A DNA stretch of 64,000 bases, taken from the NCBI GenBank assembly GCA_963828165.1, contig CAWHDR010000001.1:576001-640000 (forward strand), in the 5' to 3' direction. This DNA is from an uncultured Chloroflexia bacterium (GTDB lineage: Bacteria > Chloroflexota > Limnocylindria > Limnocylindrales > CSP1-4). Below, one piece after another: positions 10,932 through 18,906 of this stretch (position 1 is its first letter; every line of letters starts with the position of its first letter). A model generated the notes under the pieces. The model saw nothing but the letters and a program-made list of their open reading frames with translations, made no database searches and had not been told where the DNA came from. A program made the position numbers and the translations under genes.

Positions 10932-11437
10932 ATGCCCGACTATCCGCCGTCCAACTTCCAGCAACTCCGGCCATCTCGGACCGGGCTGACCCCTGGCGAC
11001 ATCTTCACCATGCGCATCGCCGATGGTCGCTACCTGTTCGGTCGCGTCGTCCGGACGGACGCCCATTGCTTCGGGCCTGGATGCATCCTCGTGTACGTCT
11101 TCCGCTACATGTCGCACGAACCCGTCCTACCCCCCAGGCTGCTTGTCAGCGATCTCCTCATACCGCCAGCAACCGTGAACCGGCTCGGGTGGCCGCGCGG
11201 CTCTTTCATGACCGTCGGGCGGCGCCCGTTCGAGGACCGGGAGCGATTCCCGGTCCACTACTTCGACGACGCACCTCGCCGCAGACGCTGGGGAAGCGGC
11301 ATTTTGTCAACGAGGACGGCGAGCCAGTCGGCCGACCACCGCGCGGGGCTCCCGTGGGAACGGCTGGGCTCGGGAACTACCGGACGATTGAGGACGACGT
11401 GTCTCGCGCCCTGGGGATACCGCTGTCGCCACACTGA
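10932..11437 (+). CDS. Cassette 5: Imm26-like immunity protein (frameshift ~11270-11300)
   Basis: PGDIFTMRIADGRYLFGRVV...LLIPPATVNRLGW; C-terminus HFVNEDGEPV...GLGNYRTIEDDVSRALGIP in ORF 11066..11437. Confidence 0.65.
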
Positions 11438-11499
11438 CTCGGTCGACACGCGGGCGGTTCGCCGCAAGGCCTCCGCGCGGAGACACTCACAAGGCTCAA

Positions 11500-11525
11500 G
11501 TGATATTCGCGGACACTGAGTGACG
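11500..11525 (+). repeat. Cassette site 5 GTGATATTCGCGGACACTGAGTGACG
   Basis: Read directly. Confidence 0.85.
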
Positions 11526-11615
11526 CTGGCGTCGCCGGCCGGGGCGCGAGGGGACCGTGATCACGTGCGCCGGAGGCCCTAGGCGGGTCCCCTTCCCGGA
11601 TGTGAAGATGGACCC

Positions 11616-12101
11616 GTGGTATCGCTGTTCAGGCGCAATCGGCGCCAGCCGCCGGTCCTGCCCGAGGACTCCGGCACGCCGGACCGGGAGGGTCATACCC
11701 CTGCCGATCTGGTCGTGTCGTACCTCGACGCGCTGTATGCATGGGAACTGCGGGCGTTCAAGGCCGCCGGTGCCGATGGGGCGCTTCCGCCGCAGGTCCT
11801 GACCGATCTCGGAGCTATCCGGGAGGCCCACCTGACGTCGCGCGCCCTGGCGACCAACACCACCGTGTCCTTCGGCAACGCACCGGCGTCCGACACCAAC
11901 GTGATGACGGTCCTCGACGTAACGCAACGCGACCCAAGGCATGCCCTGGTCAGGACGACCGAGTATCCGTCCGACTCCCGACGGTCCCGGCTGGACCCGC
12001 AGGGATCCGAGTACCGACTCGCCCTGGTCGATGGACGCTGGCGGCTGAACTCGCGGACCACCAAGGATTGGGACGCCCACAAGATCCGAAGTCTGCTTTG
12101 A
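11616..12101 (+). CDS. Cassette 6: NTF2-fold immunity-like protein
   Basis: LVVSYLDALYAWE, SFGNAP, EYRLALVDGRWRL resemble Imm-NTF2/RhsIA-type proteins. Confidence 0.55.
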   Translation: MVSLFRRNRRQPPVLPEDSGTPDREGHTPADLVVSYLDALYAWELRAFKAAGADGALPPQVLTDLGAIREAHLTSRALATNTTVSFGNAPASDTNVMTVLDVTQRDPRHALVRTTEYPSDSRRSRLDPQGSEYRLALVDGRWRLNSRTTKDWDAHKIRSLL

Positions 12102-12153
12102 GCGGTGAAGCGTCGTCCGGCGGCGCGACTGACGCCGGACGCGGCGATCTCTG

Positions 12154-12179
12154 GTGACATTGCGGAACACCGAGTGACG
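12154..12179 (+). repeat. Cassette site 6 GTGACATTGCGGAACACCGAGTGACG
   Basis: Read directly. Confidence 0.85.
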
Positions 12180-12202
12180 GTGCCCTCCATTACCTTGTGC
12201 CA

Positions 12203-12631
12203 ATGGCGCCTATGGACTTCGAGTTGATACCCGATCGGACCGATACGGTGATACCGGCCCTGATCGCAGCGTGCCCGTCGTTCCAGAAGCACGAGGCATA
12301 CCCCGACTTCTTGGAAGACCGTAGCCTTCCGTACCGTGACGTATGGGCGTTCGCGCTCCACTTGGTCGACAAGCTCCAGCAGGGTGAAACCTCCGAGTTC
12401 CCCGCGCTATTCCGTGCCGTCGAGGCGTTGCTTTCAGCTGACGAGCCTGGTGTCCGTGACCTCGTCGTGGTCGGGCTCATCGAGGACCTCCAGAATGCCG
12501 CCGACCAGCGAGGAGGTGATTTGTCTGGTCGCTTTCGTCCGTGGCTCGGTCCGTTGACCGCCATGGCCTGGGATAAGGTTCATCAGTTCTGGGGAACGCG
12601 GGATCAGCCGAGTGACATTGGCACACGCTAA
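12203..12631 (+). CDS. Cassette 7: all-helical immunity-like protein (DUF7674-like)
   Basis: FPALFRAVEALL...VRDLVVVGLIEDLQN...WLGPLT...W...FW; stop TAA lies inside site 7. Confidence 0.65.
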   Translation: MAPMDFELIPDRTDTVIPALIAACPSFQKHEAYPDFLEDRSLPYRDVWAFALHLVDKLQQGETSEFPALFRAVEALLSADEPGVRDLVVVGLIEDLQNAADQRGGDLSGRFRPWLGPLTAMAWDKVHQFWGTRDQPSDIGTR

Positions 12632-12637
12632 GTGACG
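12612..12637 (+). repeat. Cassette site 7 GTGACATTGGCACACGCTAAGTGACG
   Basis: Read directly. Confidence 0.9.
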
Positions 12638-12661
12638 CACTCCGCTAGTACCCTGCCTGGT

Positions 12662-13099
12662 ATGACCGACGAGTTGAGCCCGTTGGAACGCGACGTCCTG
12701 GCGACGATCCTCGCACCTGAGCACCCCGTCATGAACGCGTTGCGTCGTCAGTTGGAGCGGTGCCGCGTGGCGTCTCGCGAGACGACTGGCGTCGGCTTCT
12801 TCACCACCCTCGCGATCGCGCCGGATATCGAGCCCGCCCCGGTGCGGCCCGGAAGGATGAGCCTCGGGGACGTCAAGGGCGACGTCGACGGCCTAGAGCA
12901 CGGGGTTGGCTTCGTCCTCTTCGTTGAGAACGGAGTTCTCGACGTGCTCGAAGGTTTCTCTTACGTGGAGCCTTGGACGGCCATAGACGCCCGATACGAA
13001 CTCAAGGCCGGAGGCGTGATGCACAGCGGCGGCAGCATGACCGACATCGAGCAGGTCCACGACGCTTGGGATCGCTCGGGTGACATTCCCGGACACTAA
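12662..13099 (+). CDS. Cassette 8: conserved hypothetical, immunity-like
   Basis: LRRQL...VASRETTGVGFFT...GLEHGVGFVLFVENGVLDVLEGFSY.EPW; stop TAA inside site 8. Confidence 0.75.
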   Translation: MTDELSPLERDVLATILAPEHPVMNALRRQLERCRVASRETTGVGFFTTLAIAPDIEPAPVRPGRMSLGDVKGDVDGLEHGVGFVLFVENGVLDVLEGFSYVEPWTAIDARYELKAGGVMHSGGSMTDIEQVHDAWDRSGDIPGH

Positions 13100-13105
13100 G
13101 CGACG
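13080..13105 (+). repeat. Cassette site 8 GTGACATTCCCGGACACTAAGCGACG
   Basis: Read directly. Confidence 0.9.
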
Positions 13106-13158
13106 AAACCGTCACATCATGTCCTTGAGGCACGTCCCGAGACCGCACACTCCTACGA

Positions 13159-13797
13159 GTGAGACCAGCTGTGCGACCCCCCAAGCAGATCGGGCTCCTG
13201 ATCGTCGCGGCGGCACTGTGCGTGTCCTGCGCTGACGTCGTCCCGTCGCCATCCAGTCGCGCCAACGTGTCGCCAGCTCTGACGTCGGACGGCCCGCCTT
13301 CGACAACCGAGCCGAGCACGAGGGCGACCGCACCGGCAGCCTCGCCCCCATCGGCGACGCCCTCACCGTCAGCATCCACTGTGCCGCCCTACCGCATCAT
13401 CGCCGGCGACGAGGTGATCGTGCCGGCACCGGGAACGATCATCTTCGGGTCCCTACCGCTCGGGCCCCGCTCCGACGGTTTTCTGGAGCCGTACCTGACC
13501 TGGCCGGAGGGAGGTCTTACGATCGACGCCGAGGTCGCCTTCGTGGCTTTCTGGGGTCAACCGCTGGGGGCCTCGCAGATCAGGATCACCCTGTATCGCG
13601 TCGCCGGCGAAACCCTTCGCCTCGCCTGGTCAGACCAGAAGCGCGTCGGCCCGGACGCCACGGGGTTCATGGACGAACTGGTGCCGTTCAAGGCACCCGG
13701 GACGTACCGCCTTGAGGTCACGCGCGGTGCGACTCTTCTGGCATGGGGACTTGCCCACATGGGTCCCCGATGCGAGACGAATTGCTCTGGCGGGTGA
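13159..13797 (+). CDS. Cassette 9: putative lipoprotein with S/T/P linker and Ig-like domain
   Basis: Signal peptide ending LCVSC; PST-rich linker; PGTYRLEVTRG. Confidence 0.65.
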   Translation: MRPAVRPPKQIGLLIVAAALCVSCADVVPSPSSRANVSPALTSDGPPSTTEPSTRATAPAASPPSATPSPSASTVPPYRIIAGDEVIVPAPGTIIFGSLPLGPRSDGFLEPYLTWPEGGLTIDAEVAFVAFWGQPLGASQIRITLYRVAGETLRLAWSDQKRVGPDATGFMDELVPFKAPGTYRLEVTRGATLLAWGLAHMGPRCETNCSGG

Positions 13798-13817
13798 TGC
13801 GGCTGCTAGTCGCTCAA

Positions 13818-13843
13818 GGGTCATTGGCGGACGCTTTGGGACG
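13818..13843 (+). repeat. Cassette site 9 GGGTCATTGGCGGACGCTTTGGGACG
   Basis: Shares GTCATTGGCGGACGCTTTG exactly with site 2. Confidence 0.85.
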
Positions 13844-13902
13844 TCACCGGTCGCTACTCAGAGGCCCACTGCGCCACGCTATCCCCCGAGTATCCTCACG
13901 AC

Positions 13903-14223
13903 GTGCGCGTAACGACTGACCTTGGCGACTTGGGCGACCTATCGATTCGGCTTCGCGTAGCTCTCGCCTCCGTGGTCCTGGCCGGCATCTTCATCGGTCT
14001 TGGGGTTGCCACTGGTTGGCTGTCCTTGCCGGCGGCTTTGCTGCTGATCTGGAACGGTGGCGTCGCTCTCCAATGGCTGTTCACCCGTCGAAGGCCGTGG
14101 TGGGACGATGAGCCGGGAGAGGACATCATCGACCGGGACTTCCCCACTCGCCTTGTCTTGGCACTTGTCCTCGACGCGGCCTTTATGGTCGCCCTGGTCG
14201 CGACACGCACCGTTTCGCTCTAG
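13903..14223 (+). CDS. Cassette 10: small 3-TM membrane protein
   Basis: Three hydrophobic segments; TATCCT 6 nt before GTG. Confidence 0.65.
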   Translation: MRVTTDLGDLGDLSIRLRVALASVVLAGIFIGLGVATGWLSLPAALLLIWNGGVALQWLFTRRRPWWDDEPGEDIIDRDFPTRLVLALVLDAAFMVALVATRTVSL

Positions 14224-14293
14224 CTCGAGGATTAGCCGCGGCATCCCAACGCGAGCCGGGCGGGGCCCGCTGCATGACCGGGGCAAGGACCAG

Positions 14294-14320
14294 GTGTCAT
14301 TGAACGCACGCTTAGTGACG
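14294..14320 (+). repeat. Cassette site 10 GTGTCATTGAACGCACGCTTAGTGACG (27 bp)
   Basis: Read directly; one extra base in the core. Confidence 0.85.
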
Positions 14321-14406
14321 GTGGCGCCGCCGCGCTGGTCGCCGCGATAGTCACAGCCCCCACGGCACATCCGTCTCAGAGCGCACCGGCTACGAAGGTC
14401 CGACAC

Positions 14407-15084
14407 ATGACATCCATCGTGATGCGACTCGCTGCCGTCGCGACGACGATCGTGGCGACCGCGGCGGTGATCACCATCCCTGTCCATGCAGAAACGTGCG
14501 TCCACGCGATGCCGGCGGCCGCGCGAGACGTCCGCGGATACACATTCGAGGGCACGATCCTTTCGATTCGCCTGGGACCCATCCAGGAAGCGGGGATGCC
14601 ACGCACGTCCGACGTCAAGATCGCCATCTCAAGAGTCCATGCGAACCCGACCGATAGGCCGCTCGAGGCGCCCTTGAGTGGCGGGCAGACCATCGAAGTC
14701 CACTCGAACGCCTGTGACGGGTTCGCGAGCGTCGGCGTCGAGACCGGGTCCCACGTCCTCATCAGCACCCAGAGCCGATATAGCGCATCGACGTGGAACA
14801 CCGCGGTGTGGCTCGCGGAAGGCGCGAAGCTTCGTCTCCTCGTCCTGACCGACTCCCACTCAGCGCAGGTCTGGCATACGGACGACCGGCGTCTCCGCGA
14901 TGCCGGAACGGTCAGCCAGGCCCTCGCCCTGGTCGCGCCAGCCGCCGTCGGCATGCCAGAGACCGCGACGGCACCTGGTCCGCTCGCCAACGTTGGCGTA
15001 CCTTTGCCGATCGTGTTTGGTGTCGTCGCATTCGTCTTGGCGCTGCTAGGAACAGCCCCCCGATGGGTGCGCACACCCGAGTGA
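14407..15084 (+). CDS. Cassette 11: secreted protein with C-terminal MPETA motif + TM anchor
   Basis: Signal peptide (VHA/ETC), two Cys, MPETA followed by a hydrophobic helix and basic tail; stop TGA inside a right-half site GCACACCCGAGTGACG (15071..15086). Confidence 0.65.
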   Translation: MTSIVMRLAAVATTIVATAAVITIPVHAETCVHAMPAAARDVRGYTFEGTILSIRLGPIQEAGMPRTSDVKIAISRVHANPTDRPLEAPLSGGQTIEVHSNACDGFASVGVETGSHVLISTQSRYSASTWNTAVWLAEGAKLRLLVLTDSHSAQVWHTDDRRLRDAGTVSQALALVAPAAVGMPETATAPGPLANVGVPLPIVFGVVAFVLALLGTAPRWVRTPE

Positions 15085-15157
15085 CGATTGCGGGCGAGGG
15101 CGGATGAGAACCGATGCTGCGGCCAGGCTCATGCATGCGCCAACCGTCCATCGTCTG

Positions 15158-15183
15158 GTGTCATTGACGAACGCATTGCCACC
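15158..15183 (+). repeat. Cassette site 11 GTGTCATTGACGAACGCATTGCCACC
   Basis: Read directly; last copy of the array. Confidence 0.75.
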
Positions 15184-15243
15184 ATCGAGAACCCACCGTG
15201 ATGGTGCGGGCCGGCGCCGCCGAGGCGTGCGACCCTGATCCAC

Positions 15244-15630
15244 GTGGTTGACTTCAACACCCCTGCCGAGACGCGCATCGATCGCTGGCTCTGTGCGGTG
15301 CGCCTGGTGAAGACCCGCCCGATTGCGACGCAGCTGTGTGAGGGCGGTCACGTCCGCGTAAATGGGGTGCCGGCGAAGCCGTCGACGAAGGTTCACGCCG
15401 GCGACCGGGTCGAGGCGCGGATCGCAGATCGTGACCGCGTCGTGGAGGTCGTGCACCCGATCGAGACGCGTGTCGGAGCACCCGTCGCTGTGACTTGCTA
15501 CGTGGACCACACCCCGCCGCCCATCGTCACCGAGGTTCGACCGGGGATCATGGCTGTGAGGGGCGAGGGCCGGCCGAGCAAGCGGCTCAGGCGCGAGCTC
15601 GAGCGCCTGCGCCGGGCTCCCAACACCTGA
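15244..15630 (+). CDS. RNA-binding S4 domain protein (Hsp15/HslR-like)
   Basis: RIDRWLCAVRLVKTR..A...C..GHVRVNG..AKPS; RGEGRPSKRLRR. Confidence 0.9.
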   Translation: MVDFNTPAETRIDRWLCAVRLVKTRPIATQLCEGGHVRVNGVPAKPSTKVHAGDRVEARIADRDRVVEVVHPIETRVGAPVAVTCYVDHTPPPIVTEVRPGIMAVRGEGRPSKRLRRELERLRRAPNT

Positions 15631-15658
15631 GGCCCGCGCTCCGTGCCATCATCCCCGC

Positions 15659-17389
15659 GTGATGCGCCGTAACGCCAGCGCTGCTCTGCTGTCCATCGGC
15701 ACGGCGATCGCCCTGCTGTTGCCGATCGCGGCCTCGGCCGCTGGGCCTCCCTACCCCGACCCGGTGGAGGGCCAGGCGGTCTACGACAACGCCGGGATCC
15801 TGTCCGACGCGACCATCGCGAGCGCCGAGGCGACGATCGATGCCATCGAGGCGCGGACTGCGGCGGAGATCGTCGTCTACACCGAGCTCACCGACTTCGG
15901 CGTGACCACCGAGGAGACCGAGGCGCGCGCCCGCGCGCTGATCGACCAGTGGGGCGTCGGACGGCGCGGCTTCGACGACGGGCTGGCGATCTTCTTCGAC
16001 ATCGACCCATCGCTCGAGCATGGCCAGGTGCAGCTCTACGCCGCGCCCGGTTTCGAGGCGACGTTCCTGACCAACGCCGAACGCCAGGCGATCTTCGACG
16101 ACGACATGCTGCCGTACCTGGAGGAGGCCGATTTCGACGGGGCGCTCGCCGTCGCGCTCGAGAAGGTCGACGCCGCCGCCACGCCCGAGAACGCCGCTCG
16201 TCTCGAAACGGGCCGGCAGATCAATGCGGTGCTGGGACTGATCGGCGCCCCGGTCGCGTTCATGGGCCTGGCCGGTTGGGCCTACATGCAGTGGCGGCGG
16301 TTTGGGAAAGACCCGGTCTACCTGGACGATCCCTCGATCCTCATGCCGGCACCGCCGCCCGACCTGACCGCGGCGTCGGGGGCGTTCGTCATGGACGGCA
16401 GGGCCTCGCGCCGTGCGCTGACGACCGCGATGCTCGATCTCGCGTCGCGCGGGCTGATGTCGTTCCGGGAGGATCGTGGACTGCTCGGGCTGTCCAACAA
16501 GGTCGGCATCGAGGTGGGGCCGCCCGAGCTTGACCCGGTCGAAGAGGCGCGGCGAGCGCTCAACGCGCGGCGACCGATCGGGCCCGCGGAGGAATACGCA
16601 CTGAAGGAGCTTCGTCAGCTCGCCCCGGGCAAGGACGCGGGCTTCATCGACGCCGACGAGCTGCCGAAGTTCGGCACGTCGGTCTCGACCTTCGACTCCA
16701 AGCTCGAATCGCACGTCGTGAAGAAGGGCTGGATGGTCGAGAAACCGAGCAAGGTCGTCAGTCGCTGGACCGGCAAGGGCGTGCTGGTGATCATCGCCGG
16801 TGGCATCGCCGTCTTTGCCGGGATCAACGTCCCGATCGCCGGGCTCGTCATGATCGGCGCCGCGACGATCGCGGGCGGTCTCGTGATCCTGGGGTTCGCC
16901 CGTGGCATGCCGGCGGTGACGATGCCAGGAGCGATGATCCGGGCGATGCTCGCCGCCTACCGGCGCACGCTCCAGAAGACCATGGAGCAGGCGCGATCCA
17001 TGGAGCAGGTCGTCAAGGAGGCGGGTCTGGAGTGGCTCGAGACGCCGGACCAGGCCGTGGTCTGGGGGACCGCCCTCGGACTCCAGGGTGAGATCGAACA
17101 AGTCCTCGCAAGGAGCCTCGAGGACGTGCGCCAGCAACCGTCGATGGCGTCGGCGACCTACTTCCCGGCGTGGTATCGGACGTCGGACGGTTCGTCGTTC
17201 GCGAGTGGGATCGCGGCTGGGAGCGGCGGCAGCATCTTCTCCGGCTCCGCCGTTCCGGACCTTGGCGGCATGATGTCGGCGTTGGGCACGATCGGGAACT
17301 CGCCGGCATCCTCGGGGAGCAGCGGCGGAGGCGGCTTCAGCGGGGGAGGCTCGGGCGGCGGCGGAGGCGGCTCGGGCGGCGGGTTCTAG
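15659..17389 (+). CDS. TPM domain / DUF2207-type membrane protein with Gly-rich tail
   Basis: VYDNAGILS, QWGVGRRGFDDGL, GGGFSGGGSGGGGGG tail. Confidence 0.8.
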   Translation: MMRRNASAALLSIGTAIALLLPIAASAAGPPYPDPVEGQAVYDNAGILSDATIASAEATIDAIEARTAAEIVVYTELTDFGVTTEETEARARALIDQWGVGRRGFDDGLAIFFDIDPSLEHGQVQLYAAPGFEATFLTNAERQAIFDDDMLPYLEEADFDGALAVALEKVDAAATPENAARLETGRQINAVLGLIGAPVAFMGLAGWAYMQWRRFGKDPVYLDDPSILMPAPPPDLTAASGAFVMDGRASRRALTTAMLDLASRGLMSFREDRGLLGLSNKVGIEVGPPELDPVEEARRALNARRPIGPAEEYALKELRQLAPGKDAGFIDADELPKFGTSVSTFDSKLESHVVKKGWMVEKPSKVVSRWTGKGVLVIIAGGIAVFAGINVPIAGLVMIGAATIAGGLVILGFARGMPAVTMPGAMIRAMLAAYRRTLQKTMEQARSMEQVVKEAGLEWLETPDQAVVWGTALGLQGEIEQVLARSLEDVRQQPSMASATYFPAWYRTSDGSSFASGIAAGSGGSIFSGSAVPDLGGMMSALGTIGNSPASSGSSGGGGFSGGGSGGGGGGSGGGF

Positions 17390-17613
17390 CCCGACGGACA
17401 GCGGCCCGGAGTGCCACGTCGGGATTCACTCTCTGTGAACGTTGACACGCGCAACGCTCGGAACACCCCGGTTGGACCTGATCCGTTCACTGCTACTGAA
17501 CGATGAGCCCCAAGAGAGTCGCCCGTTGACCGTTCGCACTTGGGAGAAGCCGGTTCGGCACGCGTTCATTCACTGATAGCGAAGGGCGGTGCCATCGCCC
17601 GGCCCGCGCGAAG

Positions 17614-18177
17614 TCACGAGTCGTCGAGGATCCTCGCCCGCTGGCGTGCCCGTTCGTCGTCCGTGATGAGCCCCGCGCGGTGTGCCTCGTCCAGCTCGCG
17701 CAGGCGGCCCGTCAGGCTTCGCGTCCCAGAAGCCCGGCCTGGGCGGACCACGAAGAGCACGACGAAGACGAGGGCCACGAGCAGCAAGCCAACCGGCAGG
17801 ACCGCCGTGAGGACGAGCCCGATCCAGCTGGTATCCGGTGCGGGCTGCGCCCTGAACGATGGCAACGCCGTGCCGCCAGAGGCCGCCGCCGACTCCAGAT
17901 CGCCGTAGACCTCCGTGAGGATCGTCGGGACGATCACTTGGTAGACGCCTTGTGACCCGGTTACCTCAAGGGTCGTGCCGGTCTGGACGACCTGCGATAC
18001 CTGCCCAGCCTCAACGTCGCCCAGGAACTGACTGTACGGGGCGGTCGAGGGGCTCGATGAGGAGGTGATCCACGTGAACATGAGCGCGGCTACGACCAGC
18101 ACCAACGCGACCACTCCGATCACGATGAGGACGGGCGGCGGTACGGGTTGTCTCATCCGCTGCGCAACAGCCATCAT
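17614..18177 (-). CDS. Membrane protein: FtsH-extracellular-like domain + SHOCT domain
   Basis: TM-PYSQFLGDVEAGQVSQV-TM, then RLRELDEAHRAGLITDDERARQRARIL. Confidence 0.65.
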   Translation of the reverse strand: MMAVAQRMRQPVPPPVLIVIGVVALVLVVAALMFTWITSSSSPSTAPYSQFLGDVEAGQVSQVVQTGTTLEVTGSQGVYQVIVPTILTEVYGDLESAAASGGTALPSFRAQPAPDTSWIGLVLTAVLPVGLLLVALVFVVLFVVRPGRASGTRSLTGRLRELDEAHRAGLITDDERARQRARILDDS

Positions 18178-18212
18178 GCCCTCCAGCTCACGGGATCGTT
18201 CTCCGCCTCATC

Positions 18213-18881
18213 CTACGCCCCGAACATCTCGCGACAGGCATCGAGGCCCTCGATCTCGACCGGTGGTCGCGGCCTGGAACGCCAGCCCTCCTCGGTCATC
18301 CGGAAGCGCTGGGTCTCGCGCGAGACTCCTTGTGGGGCGAGAGCCCCGCGGCCGTTGTCCTCGTACCCGACCGATCGCGAGACCCCATTGGATGCCGCGT
18401 TGTCCAGGAACGCCTCCGACGTCGCGACGCGGGCCCCGAGACCGTCGAACGCGAACGCGAGCACGGCCTCGCGCATCTCCTTGCCCAGGCCCCATCCCTG
18501 CCAGTCGCGCGTGATCCAGGACCCGGTGTCGACCGTGCGGTGCACGGCGAAGTCGTTCGCATGCACGGATTGCGCCCCGATCGGCTTCCCGTCCAGCTCG
18601 GCCATCAGGTTCAGGTTCCAGTCCCTTGCGCTCCAGGTCGCGCGCATCAGCCAGTGATGCTGCAGGGACCCGCGCTCGAATTCGGGGCTCGGCAGCACCG
18701 ACCAGGCCAGCCCGAATGGCATCTCGTCGGGCGGATGGATGCCCTCGCGGGAAATTTCGATGAGACCCAGGATGTCGTCGTCGGTGGGCAGCCGGAGCAC
18801 GAGGCGCTCGCTTCGGATGCGCAGTCCGAAGAGCGGCCAGGCCGAGGCGAGCGTGCTCGCGGGGCGGGCATCGGCGTCCAT
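18213..18881 (-). CDS. GNAT acetyl/succinyltransferase (Rv0802c-like)
   Basis: WPLFGLRIRSERLVLR, VDTGSW, QGWGLGKEMR, DNAASNGVSRSVGY. Confidence 0.85.
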   Translation of the reverse strand: MDADARPASTLASAWPLFGLRIRSERLVLRLPTDDDILGLIEISREGIHPPDEMPFGLAWSVLPSPEFERGSLQHHWLMRATWSARDWNLNLMAELDGKPIGAQSVHANDFAVHRTVDTGSWITRDWQGWGLGKEMREAVLAFAFDGLGARVATSEAFLDNAASNGVSRSVGYEDNGRGALAPQGVSRETQRFRMTEEGWRSRPRPPVEIEGLDACREMFGA

Positions 18882-18906
18882 GGGCGGCCGACGGTACACT
18901 CAGTCC

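Larger units (their letters stand above)
9115..15183 (+). mobile_element. Putative gene-cassette array: 11 single-gene units each followed by a conserved 26-27 bp site
   Basis: One site copy after every gene; genes unrelated, co-oriented and lower in GC than the flanks. Confidence 0.75.

Noticed and set aside
9583-15183. CRISPR array interpretation of the 26-bp repeats
   Set aside because: Intervals are 300-860 bp and each contains a whole gene; repeats are degenerate; no cas genes.
9115-15183. Classical integron or CALIN
   Set aside because: No intI, and no RYYYAAC...GTTRRRY-bounded attC hairpins were seen after the genes.
15587-17137. Long antisense ORFs (also 774..2006, 26768..28297, 46370..48430, 54477..56165)
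   Set aside because: Shadow ORFs opposite well-supported genes in high-GC DNA; no recognisable motifs.
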